The notes beneath the pieces were generated by a model that saw nothing but the letters and a program-made list of their open reading frames with translations, did not search any database and was not told the DNA's origin. Below, piece by piece: positions 38,781 to 47,133 of a stretch of 64,000 nt of DNA. Made by a program: the position numbers and the translations under genes. Source of the DNA: Dehalococcoidia bacterium (lineage in GTDB: Bacteria > Chloroflexota > Dehalococcoidia > Lucifugimonadales > UBA3495); assembly GCA_965261885.1 (NCBI GenBank), contig CBDHDY010000039.1:94623-158622 (forward strand). Reading direction: 5' to 3'. Numbering within the stretch: position 1 is the stretch's first letter; the number at the start of each line of letters is the position of its first letter.

Positions 38781-38985
38781 AAAGTCTGCTCCTTTTTGCC
38801 CGACGCCTGAGGGGCTAGGGCTCCTGGATGTTCACGGGCTCGCCATAATCTGAGAAAATCAGGGACGATTCCGACCTGACGGTATTCAACTCGCCGGTGT
38901 GAATCTTGTCCGGAAACCTCGAACAGTCCTCTGACCTTTCGCGCCAAGAGGGTCCTCGACTCCTACCCAGTATTCGATTTCGATC

Positions 38986-39117
38986 TCACCCGTCGGCGAT
39001 TCGCCTTCCGTTCCGCCTGCTTGGCAAACACCCGCTCAACTGGTTATCTGCGAGGGCTAGTATTCCCAGTCTGACGAGATTGCCCAACTCCGGCGGTATC
39101 TGCCCGCTCAGCTGGTT
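38986..39117 (-). pseudogene. LRR gene remnant (two C-terminal units)
   Basis: The minus-strand translation is LSNQLSGQIPPELGNLVRLGILALADNQLSGCLPS...*. No start or signal peptide is present. It lies directly downstream of the 647-aa LRR gene. Confidence 0.4.
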
Positions 39118-39210
39118 CGACAGGCTTACCATGAGCAAGGAGCAGGCTCCATACTTGATACGGGCACGGGCGGCGATATGCTGTCCGTCCCGGGCTGAGG
39201 GCGCGTGGCT

Positions 39211-41154
39211 TCAGCAGAAGGGCAGGTCGCCAAGGTCAGAGTAAGACAACTGGTCTTCCAGGATGCTAGGCACGCACCCGCTCAACTGGTTGCCGTAGAG
39301 GTCCAGCACTTCCAGGTTGGAAAGGCTGCCCAGCTCCGGCGGTATCTCCCCGCTCAACTGGTTCCCGCTGAGCGACAGACCTTCCAGGTTGGAGAGGCTG
39401 CCCAGCTCCGGCGGTATCTCCCCGCTCATCTCGTTGCCGAAGAACGACAGCTCTTCCAGGTTGGCGAGGCTGCCCAGCTCCGACGGTATCTCCCCGCTAA
39501 ACCCGTTGATGCCGAGGTACAGACCTTCCAGGTTGGCGAGGCTGCCCAGCTCCGGCGGTATCTCCCCACTCAAGTCGTTCCCGCCGAGCGTCAGCACTTC
39601 CAGGTTGGCGAGGCTGCCCAGCTCCGGCGGTATCTCCCCACTCAACCCGTTCGCGCCGAGCCACAGTTCTTTCAGGTTGGCAAGGCTGCCCAGCTCAGGC
39701 GGTATCTCCCCACTCAACCCGTTAAATCCGAGATCCAGTCTTAACAGGTCGGCGAGGCTGTTCAACTCCGGAGGTATCTCCCCGCTCAACCCGTTATCGT
39801 CGAGGTCCAGACCGGCTACGCGTCCATTTCCGTCAGTTTCGACGCCGTACCATTCGCCCAAGGGCGCGTCACTCAGCCAGTTATCGCTGCTATTCCAATT
39901 TGGGCCGCCGGTGGCGTTAAAGAGGGCAACCAGGGCCTCCCGGTCTGTTTCGGCAGAGGTCGGCCCAAGGGTGGGCAGAGGCGGTCTGGTAGCCGCAGGT
40001 CCAGGCGCATCGGTGGCAGTGGGCGCATCTCCAGCCCTTGGCGTGGAAGACGTCCGTGCGGAGGAGGCCGGCGTGTCCGACTCGGCGGTGGCCCGTTGTG
40101 AGCAGTAGGGCAGGTCGCCAAGGTCAGAGTAGTCAAGGCTCAACTGGTCTTCCAGACTGCCTGGCACGCACCCGCTCAAATCGGTGTCGATGAGGTACAA
40201 CGACCCAAGGTTGGAGAGGCTGCCCAGCTCCGCCGGTATCTCCCCGCCCAAGTCGTTGCGACTGAGGTTCAGAAATGTCAGGTTGGAGAGGCTGCCCAGC
40301 TCCGGCGGTATCTCCCCGCTCAACTCGTTGTCGCCGAGGTTCAACTCTTCCAGGTTGGAGAGGCTGCCCAGCTCCGGCGGTATCTCTCCGCTCAAGGCAT
40401 TGTTGTTGAGGTACAGCTCTGTCAGGTTGGAGAGGCTGCCCAACCACGCCGGTATCTCCCCGCTCAATGCGTTGTCGTAGAGGACCAGCCGTTCCAGGCT
40501 GGAGAGGCTGCCCAGCTCCGCCGGTATCTCCCCGCTCAAGTCGTTCGCCAAGAGATCCAGCCTTGTCAGGTTGGAGAGCCTGCCCAGCTCCGCCGGTATC
40601 CCCCCGCTCAAGTTGTTGCCGTAGAGGTCCAGCCTTGTCAGGCTGGAGAGGCTGCCCAGCTCCGCCGGTATCTCCCCGCTCAAGCCGTTGCCGCCGAGGC
40701 CCAGCTTTGCCAGGCTGGAGAGGTTGCCCAGCTCCGGCGGTATCCCCCCGCTCAAGCCGTTGCCGAGGAGGTCCAGCTCTGTCAGGCTGGAGAGGCTGCC
40801 CAGCTCCGCCGGTATCTCCCCGCTCAAGTTGTTGAAGGCGAGTTCCAGCTTTGTAACGCGCCCGTCGACGTTGGTGGTGACGCCCTTCCATCGTCCGACG
40901 GGAGCGTCGCTCAGCCAGTTGCCGCTTCCATCCCAGTTCTCACCATTCGTTGCGTTATAAAAGGCAACCAAGGCTTCCCGGTCCGTTTCGGAGGAGCCGG
41001 AGGCCGCGGGCGCGTCCCCTGACCTTGGCATGGAAGGCGTCCGCGCGGGAGAGGCCGGCGTCTCCGGCTCATCAGAGCCGCCGCAGGCCAGAAGCAGCAA
41101 GAGCAGAAGCAGTGCCAAGGCAAAGATTCCCAGGAAAAGTCGTGGCGTTCTCAT
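39211..41154 (-). CDS. Plant-type LRR lipoprotein with two cap+LRR modules
   Basis: The signal/lipobox is MRTPRLFLGIFALALLLLLLLLAC. There are two caps (DREALVAFYNATNGENW; DREALVALFNATGGPNW), each followed by ~9-10 units LxxLxLxxNxLSGEIPxELGSL. The C-termini read SGCVP...LGDLP(Y/F)C. Confidence 0.9.
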   Translation of the reverse strand: MRTPRLFLGIFALALLLLLLLLACGGSDEPETPASPARTPSMPRSGDAPAASGSSETDREALVAFYNATNGENWDGSGNWLSDAPVGRWKGVTTNVDGRVTKLELAFNNLSGEIPAELGSLSSLTELDLLGNGLSGGIPPELGNLSSLAKLGLGGNGLSGEIPAELGSLSSLTRLDLYGNNLSGGIPAELGRLSNLTRLDLLANDLSGEIPAELGSLSSLERLVLYDNALSGEIPAWLGSLSNLTELYLNNNALSGEIPPELGSLSNLEELNLGDNELSGEIPPELGSLSNLTFLNLSRNDLGGEIPAELGSLSNLGSLYLIDTDLSGCVPGSLEDQLSLDYSDLGDLPYCSQRATAESDTPASSARTSSTPRAGDAPTATDAPGPAATRPPLPTLGPTSAETDREALVALFNATGGPNWNSSDNWLSDAPLGEWYGVETDGNGRVAGLDLDDNGLSGEIPPELNSLADLLRLDLGFNGLSGEIPPELGSLANLKELWLGANGLSGEIPPELGSLANLEVLTLGGNDLSGEIPPELGSLANLEGLYLGINGFSGEIPSELGSLANLEELSFFGNEMSGEIPPELGSLSNLEGLSLSGNQLSGEIPPELGSLSNLEVLDLYGNQLSGCVPSILEDQLSYSDLGDLPFC

Positions 41155-41373
41155 CTCGATTCACTCCCTGTGTTTGCTGGGCCGACGTTCCCGGCAGGCC
41201 GGCGCACCGGTTATCGAATCACTGGCTGGTGAAATCCATCCGTCCAGCGACGTAGGCACGCCCAATGTTGGAGGATCAGCGCCTCTGGCATCGGCCATGA
41301 CGTCGGCATCGAGCGGCGCGCCCGAAGCTCCCTCCGGACAGGCTGGGACGAGGCCTCAGCTATTTCAGTTGTC

Positions 41374-42070
41374 GTGAATCATTCGTATGGCGATCCAGTT
41401 CTTGTTTCTCAGCTTCGATGGTGAAAATGCTGGACGGTGCTCGTTGCGCCGCGGCAGCCGGCGCAACGGTCTTGCCGCAATTAGAAAACCGCCCCGGTAT
41501 TCCCGGGACCGGTCTCGTCTGTAGCGCGGCGTGCTCTCGCTCCAGCGGTCGCCGGAGTCTCCGGGCGGCCTCGCCTGATGGTTCATTGATAATTTAGGGT
41601 GCATCAATCCCCTCACGGGATACAGGCTCATTCGCACTGACTGATCTGTCGGATATTCTGGTAACGAATCTGCATGTGCCAATGTGTCTGTCATGTGACT
41701 GTCTTGATGAGTACACTCTGGGCGTTCCGTTCAGCTCTGAAAGACCCGGGTCTTCCGTCGTGGTTTGAGGCAGATGGTGGAAAAGGGGAACCTGCCGTCC
41801 CGGCTGGGCAGGTGAGTTGCTTTGTTCGTCTTGAAGAGAGCGGAGTTACCCGCGCTGAAAGCGCGCTTCCAGAGTGCGCTGGCGGAGTCGCTTGAGAGCG
41901 CTCGGGCGGACACTGAGGGTTTGCGGTACGCTGCCTGGGTTTCCGTCTGGACGCGCTGGGTCATCTGGGTAGCCGTGATGGTGGAGGCGGTCTATTAACC
42001 GGAGCTGAACGGCGGCACATACATTCCGTTCATCTTCCTCCATGTGATGGTGGTCGGCTGCAACGCTTGG
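41374..42070. repeat. Segmental duplication, copy 2 (non-functional kinase 5' end)
   Basis: It matches 25527-26219. The kinase reading frame is broken here by TAA (ctattaaccgg vs cttatcagccgg). Homology ends abruptly at 42070. Confidence 0.85.
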
Positions 42071-42170
42071 TTGCAGAGTTTTCCCACTCAGCAACCAAGA
42101 TAAAGGTTGACGCTGAACACCCTGCGTGCTTCCCGTCCCCTCCTCCAGCTGTTGTTGTAATATTGGGGGA

Positions 42171-42488
42171 ATGCCCAGAAAAGTCTCGATCAAATGCGCC
42201 ATCGCTGGCTGCCACTACCAGCGGAAGATGACCCTCGCCGAACGCGAGGAACTGAGGCGAGTGGGACGGGAGAACAACGCCACGGCGGGCCTCGTCTGCC
42301 CGGCCCACGTGAGGGCCGCTTTCAACTTCGAATTCGACGATATCGACATCGATGTTCCGCTCGAGGAACTCCTGGTCGAAGCGTCCAAGGACACTCCCCG
42401 TTGGCGGGTGATGTTGACCCCGCTGCCAGGGGCGGCGAGTGAGCCGGACAGCCAGTCCATGCCAGAGCGTGGAGACAGGGTTATATAG
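42171..42488 (+). CDS. Hypothetical Cys/His-containing protein
   Basis: MPRKVSIKCAIAGCHYQRKMTLAEREELRR...LVCPAHVRAAF has a possible CxxC...CPxH metal site. No family was recognised. Confidence 0.35.
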   Translation: MPRKVSIKCAIAGCHYQRKMTLAEREELRRVGRENNATAGLVCPAHVRAAFNFEFDDIDIDVPLEELLVEASKDTPRWRVMLTPLPGAASEPDSQSMPERGDRVI

Positions 42489-42638
42489 TCCATCCACGCC
42501 GGCCCGTAGCTCCCGGGAGAATGCGGGCAATTTCAGAGCGCAATGACCGGCTGGTCTGGCCGGTCCCGTAGCCGCATCCGGCAGGAAGGTTTCTTTTGGC
42601 TATAATCCTGGCAGCCTTCGGAACAGGAGCCTTCAAAT

Positions 42639-42803
42639 ATGGCCACTTCCCCCGAATCCGTTGAAATCTACTGCTTGAAATGCCGGGCCAAGACCGGCTC
42701 ACGGGATGTTGAACCGGTAACAATGAAGAACGGACGTCCCGCCCTGCGCGCTGTCTGCTCTGTGTGCGGCACGGGCAAGTACCGCATCGGCTCCGCCGGA
42801 TGA
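42639..42803 (+). CDS. DUF5679-like zinc-ribbon mini-protein (54 aa; below ORF-track cutoff)
   Basis: ATG at 42639 lies 9 nt after AGGAG. The product is MATSPESVEIYCLKCRAKTGSRDVEPVTMKNGRPALRAVCSVCGTGKYRIGSAG. The pattern CxxC...MKNGRPA...CxxCG.K is as I recall it for DUF5679. Confidence 0.6.
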   Translation: MATSPESVEIYCLKCRAKTGSRDVEPVTMKNGRPALRAVCSVCGTGKYRIGSAG

Positions 42804-42921
42804 ACCTGGGCCGCCTGGCGGGCCTCCGGCTGCACCCATCTCGTGTGGTGCATCATGGAGCGCAACTTCTGCTCCGGGAAATGTCCGGGTGTGGCATCAC
42901 CGGCCCAGGGCTTTCAGCGGC

Positions 42922-43065
42922 CTACAGGAGGCCGAGTCCCTCGAAGCCACCTTCAGGAAACGCGGTCCTGCCTCTGGTCTCCGTCCCCGAGCCGGCGGCG
43001 TAACCCCCGGCGTAGCAGGCACAGGGTTCGGGGCAATCGCAGACCGGTCGGTCCCGACCAGTCAT
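42922..43065 (-). CDS. Cys-rich mini-protein (47 aa), CDCPEPC motif
   Basis: MTGRDRPVCDCPEPCACYAGGYAAGSGTE... Its ATG overlaps the stop of the upstream serine recombinase (ATGA at 43062-43065). The motif is shared with 54841-55074. Confidence 0.5.
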   Translation of the reverse strand: MTGRDRPVCDCPEPCACYAGGYAAGSGTETRGRTAFPEGGFEGLGLL

Positions 43066-43655
43066 TGCATTCCTACTTGTGCTGGACTTTCGTCGAAGAT
43101 TGCCTTGTTGGCCGTGCTCCAAGAGATCTTCATGATCCTGGCCACACGGCTCACCGACGGGTTCTCCGCGAACATTCGCTTGCACTCGTTCACCTGGTCG
43201 GGTGAAAGCGCTGGCGGCCTCCCCTCGGCCTTGGCACGCTCTTGGCCGACCTTTATGCGCTCGCTGGTGGAATCAGCCTGGTAGGCACCGTTGGCCAGCA
43301 TCATCCGGCGGAAGTACTTGGCCGCGGCGCTGTCGTCGGTGGTGTCGATCCCCTCCTTGATCGCCACTATGCCGATGTCCCGGCTGGTGAGGTCCGCCTG
43401 GATCCTCACGCCCTCGTCGAAGTTGCGGCTGAAGCGGTCCAGCCATACCACCACGATGGTGTCGTTCGGCTGGACCCGGGCCACGAGCTCGTTCCATCCG
43501 GGCCGCGACATCAAACGGCCGGTCATCACGTCGGAAAAGATGAGCTCCCCGCGGATGCCGTGGTTGGCCAGCTCGCGGAGCTGGGTCTCGAGGTTCCGGT
43601 CGTCCCGGTCGCTCTTGCTGACCCGCGCGTAGCCATAGGTGACGGGGATCATCAT
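43062..43655 (-). CDS. Small serine recombinase (resolvase/invertase type)
   Basis: MMIPVTYGYARVSKSDRDDRNLETQLREL...DTIVVVWLDRFSRNFDEG...IVAIKEGIDTTDDSAAAKYF... It has a C-terminal HTH (PSVSRVARIMKISWSTANKAI). Confidence 0.9.
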   Translation of the reverse strand: MMIPVTYGYARVSKSDRDDRNLETQLRELANHGIRGELIFSDVMTGRLMSRPGWNELVARVQPNDTIVVVWLDRFSRNFDEGVRIQADLTSRDIGIVAIKEGIDTTDDSAAAKYFRRMMLANGAYQADSTSERIKVGQERAKAEGRPPALSPDQVNECKRMFAENPSVSRVARIMKISWSTANKAIFDESPAQVGMQ

Positions 43656-43659
43656 CGCC

Positions 43660-44199
43660 TCACCACCCCGGTTTGCCGCAGTGCGGGCAGGGGTTCCGGA
43701 CCGCCCGACGCCAGGCGACTCCGCCCTTGGCATGGATTTCCTGATTGCAGTGGAGGCAGCGGCCCATGTATGTGTTCTGGTCGGACAGGTCCTCGGCCAC
43801 CGGCTCAAGACAGTCTCCGCATCCCCGCACCAGCTCCGGGTCGGGGGTCATCGGTTCGGGACTCTCCTCGAGGCCACACGGCGGGGAGTCTCCCGGGGCG
43901 TAGTGGACCACAGCGGCTGCCGCGGCAACTCTGCTCTCCTCGCGGCTGCGGTCACCCTCTGTCATGGTGACGGAATCTACCCCTTCCCTAGCGAAGTCCC
44001 ACAGCTTGTTGCCCCAAACCTCCGGGTCTATCGAGCCGTGCCACTGCAGTCCCTTCCCGGTGAGTCCTGCCGCGATCACCCGGCGGCCGCAGACACCGCC
44101 GTTGATGGCGTGGTCCTTTCCCCAAACGTCGTCCTGGTTGGTGACCACCATCGTCGTGCTGCGGCACTGGGGGCAGGCGGCCGCCAGGTAGAGGTGCAA
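43660..44199 (-). CDS. Zinc-ribbon protein, paralogue of 44551-44832 in its C-terminal half
   Basis: 179 aa. The N-terminus has CPQC. The C-terminus reads RGCGDCLEPVAEDLSDQNTYMGRCLHCNQEIHAKGGVAWRRAVRNPCPHCGKPGW. Its stop lies 4 nt before the recombinase ATG. Confidence 0.55.
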   Translation of the reverse strand: MHLYLAAACPQCRSTTMVVTNQDDVWGKDHAINGGVCGRRVIAAGLTGKGLQWHGSIDPEVWGNKLWDFAREGVDSVTMTEGDRSREESRVAAAAAVVHYAPGDSPPCGLEESPEPMTPDPELVRGCGDCLEPVAEDLSDQNTYMGRCLHCNQEIHAKGGVAWRRAVRNPCPHCGKPGW

Positions 44200-44550
44200 G
44201 GCGTTCTTCTCCGCTCAACAAACGGCCGTTTTTGAGAGGCTCGGTGCGGCCCTCTTCCCTCAGCTTTGACGGGTCTCTCAACAAATCCCCTCAACAATAA
44301 TCGACGCTCAAAAACGCTGTCAAGGGTTTTTTGAGTGGGCAGGATCGTTGTGCGGTAAGGCAACACCCTGGGCTTTACCCGGGTATACGTGCCGCTCCGA
44401 TTGCATTAGTCGAAGGGGTTTGGAAACCGTCGGGCCTGCTCTATCTGTTTCGGACTGGCTTGCCTGAAGCTGAGGAGATCTCCTTTTGAAGCGCTAACTT
44501 GCGGAAATCTCAGATAAGCGCAACTTCCAGGAATAGGAGAGGAGGGATCT

Positions 44551-44832
44551 ATGATGACCACCGTGGAGGACCTTGAGGTTACGGTCCACTATTCCCTTGG
44601 CGAGCGGCCGATGTGCGACGCTGAGAGCTGGATCGCGGTCACAACGGACGATCCCGCCTTTGTGAGCGGCTGCCGCGACTGCCTGGAGCTAGTGGCAGAG
44701 GAAGAGGAGGACCAAGACGAACACGGCGGCCACTGCCTCCACTGCCGCCAGGAGATCCGCGCCACCGGAGGCGTCGAGTGGCGCCGGATGGTCCTGAGGC
44801 CCTGCCCGCACTGCGGCCGGAGCGGCTGGTAA
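44551..44832 (+). CDS. Zinc-ribbon protein (93 aa), divergent paralogue
   Basis: ATG follows GGAGAGGAGGG. The product contains SGCRDCLELVAEEEEDQDEHGGHCLHCRQEIRATGGVEWRRMVLRPCPHCGRSGW. Confidence 0.6.
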   Translation: MMTTVEDLEVTVHYSLGERPMCDAESWIAVTTDDPAFVSGCRDCLELVAEEEEDQDEHGGHCLHCRQEIRATGGVEWRRMVLRPCPHCGRSGW

Positions 44833-44861
44833 AGATGCGTCCATGAACAGAAATTTAACGC

Positions 44862-45318
44862 TTGGGACCCCGTGCCGATAATGTACAATCAGCTCAGCAT
44901 CCTATTTTGGACATCCTGCGCAGAATGAACAGCGAGTGCGTCGATTTAATTTGCCTGGACCCGCCGTTCAACTCCAACCAGAACTACGCGGCCCAAGTGG
45001 GCAGCGCGGCGGCGGGCGTAGCGTTCAAGGGCACGTGGACGCTGTCTGACCTCGACGTAGCGTGGATGGGGCTGATAGCCGACAAGCAGCCCGCGTTGGT
45101 CCACGTCATTAAGACTTCAGGGCTGACACACACGGCAAGGGCATGCAGTAGTACCTGACGATGATGGTCGTGCGGCTGATGGAGATGCACCGGATTCTGA
45201 AGCCGACGGGCAGCATCTACCTGCGCTGCGACCCGACGGCGAGCCACTACCTCAAGCTGTTGATGGACGCGGTTTTCGGGGCGGCGACCGGCCCCATCAG
45301 CACCTCGTGGTGCGGCTA
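44862..45318 (+). pseudogene. N4/N6 DNA methyltransferase remnant (motif IV region only)
   Basis: VDLICLDPPFNSNQNY (DPPF motif), then a frameshift, an in-frame TAG (45149-45151), and YLTMMVVRLMEMHRILKPTGSIYLRCDPTASHYLKLLMDAVFG. The AdoMet motif I region is missing. Confidence 0.75.
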
Positions 45319-45387
45319 GCGGAGATTGGGAGCTAACGGGCACTGTTCTCAAGGCAGCCGTCATTGAAGAGCGAGGAGAAAGACGAA

Positions 45388-46266
45388 ATGGAACAGGATT
45401 ACGACGGCACAATCGACAATATTGACCTGCCGGACCCGATTCTGCTGGAAGTCCAAACTTCTGTATTGGTTGAATCTAACTACCTGTGTAGGGTTCAGTG
45501 CTCGGCGGAATACGAATCTGGAAACAAGTTGTGTCTTGATATTGACCTTTTTGAGCAATATTTGGGGGATGAAGAATACTCAAATGTTCCCGTCATCAAG
45601 TATTCGACTGAGAGATTTGCCCCTGCGCATTGTGGCCAAGTGCGATTGTGTACACCGAATTATTTTAGGACATTTGAAGTGGGGGCGGCAGGGTTGCGCG
45701 ACCCGTTTGAAGGATGCAGGGCTTCCCATCAGTGGGAGGCCGGTAGCGAACTTGTTATTACTTCATCGGAAGATGGTGGGACATTACGCTTCAATGCTGC
45801 CGGAGCCAATATAAAATGCACTTGTCATAAAACATTCATCTACTCTACTTCGTTGGGTCCTGTCACCAAACGATTGAACAAGGCAAGTGCTAATACACTG
45901 TTTGGTCAAGACTACACTCTTGGCTCTGTATTCCGAGATTCGAAGGAATTGGCACAGCAGATCCTCAAGAGTTTCGCGGTGACCATTGGTCGTTCTATGC
46001 TGGACGTGGCGGAGCCTAACGGCGAAGATTCGTTTGCAAGAACCTATGCTTGGATAGTTCATGGCCCTGTTGAATACTTACCGGAAACGGACTCCGCATT
46101 ACGTAGAATTAAATCCCTCTTCACGAAGCCGGACGTCGACATATATCGCAATCAAAACGAATACAGATTCTGGGTCGGATTCAATGACACTTCAGTCCAA
46201 TCAGATAAGGCGGAAATATTATTGCCCGTGCCTGAAGAAATTGTGACTGCAGTAGAGCTTGAGTAG
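45388..46266 (+). CDS. Hypothetical protein (292 aa), AT-rich island; weak DUF2971-like pattern
   Basis: ATG lies 8 nt after GAGGAGA. VRLCTPNYFRTF...GLRDPFEG ... IKCTCHKTFIYSTS ... IYRNQNEYRFWVGF loosely recalls DUF2971-type proteins. This is unverified. Confidence 0.6.
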   Translation: MEQDYDGTIDNIDLPDPILLEVQTSVLVESNYLCRVQCSAEYESGNKLCLDIDLFEQYLGDEEYSNVPVIKYSTERFAPAHCGQVRLCTPNYFRTFEVGAAGLRDPFEGCRASHQWEAGSELVITSSEDGGTLRFNAAGANIKCTCHKTFIYSTSLGPVTKRLNKASANTLFGQDYTLGSVFRDSKELAQQILKSFAVTIGRSMLDVAEPNGEDSFARTYAWIVHGPVEYLPETDSALRRIKSLFTKPDVDIYRNQNEYRFWVGFNDTSVQSDKAEILLPVPEEIVTAVELE

Positions 46267-46359
46267 AGACCCCTGCCATACTGAGTTGGACCCAGGATAC
46301 TGGACAGGTAGCTAAGGATGGGGTCCACCTCAAAGACATTTTTCCGTTACAATTGCCAA

Positions 46360-47133
46360 TCATATCCACGACTGAGGAGTCCGAGACAAAACACTTTCGC
46401 CCATTTCTCCAAAATAAGTGCGGCTAGTGGTGAAAAACTTACGAAGAGTGCCAGCATCATCCGGCAAAAGCGTTCGCCTGGCCTCCTCAATAATGGCCTC
46501 AGGAATATCGAGGTGGCCGTCCGAGTCATCCTCAAGCGCGTTATAGTAATTTTCCCGAGCACGCCGCAATCGCGGAACATTCAAGCCCAAGAGCGTAATG
46601 GTGTTCCTTGCACTTTCCACAGAAATGTCAAACTGATTACAAGCATCTTCATTTGCTTCAATGTCGCCATTTAACCCTACTCGAAATATAGACGAAGAAA
46701 CTGGGAGGTTCCTTGGGTCAACGAAATCCGGGATAGTATCATCCTTCTTTCTTTGACCACAGCTGGTATTTGCTTCGGCAGGTTCCAGAAATCTTACGGG
46801 GTCCTTGCTTCGCGGTTCCCCGAAAATTCTTGCCTTTGTACCGCCTTCGCAGCAGGCAACTAGATTGACCACGTTGAAAGTGTTGGCAGCCCCTGTACTT
46901 GGGTCGCTCCGAGGTATAACGTGCTCGATTTGGCAATCTAAGCCCACCAAAAGGTTAATTTCGCAATAGCCGCAAAGTCCATGTTGGAGACTAACCAGCT
47001 CGTTTCGTAGCTCCTCATAGGCAGCGCTGCCATTGTAGTCGTGAAACCTATGCCATTCTGCCTGGTCTCCATCGACTGCTAGATATTCTTTGAGTCCCGT
47101 AGTAAGGCCACACAAACTTCGGATAGGTTTCAT
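46360..47133 (-). CDS. ptuB: HNH endonuclease, TIGR02646/PtuB-like
   Basis: YEELRNELVSLQHGLCGYCEINLLVGLDCQIEHVIPRS...NVVNLVACC...TSCGQRKKDD. Its start overlaps the ATPase stop by 4 nt. Confidence 0.7.
   Translation of the reverse strand: MKPIRSLCGLTTGLKEYLAVDGDQAEWHRFHDYNGSAAYEELRNELVSLQHGLCGYCEINLLVGLDCQIEHVIPRSDPSTGAANTFNVVNLVACCEGGTKARIFGEPRSKDPVRFLEPAEANTSCGQRKKDDTIPDFVDPRNLPVSSSIFRVGLNGDIEANEDACNQFDISVESARNTITLLGLNVPRLRRARENYYNALEDDSDGHLDIPEAIIEEARRTLLPDDAGTLRKFFTTSRTYFGEMGESVLSRTPQSWI

Noticed and set aside
39317-40891. Long ORFs 39317-40108 (+), 40133-40891 (-) and 40467-40835 (+) with internally repeated peptides
   Set aside because: They are alternative-frame or antisense readings of the 72-bp-periodic LRR DNA. 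The repeats (…LERLPSSGGISPLN…) simply mirror the LRR unit of the real gene 39211-41154.
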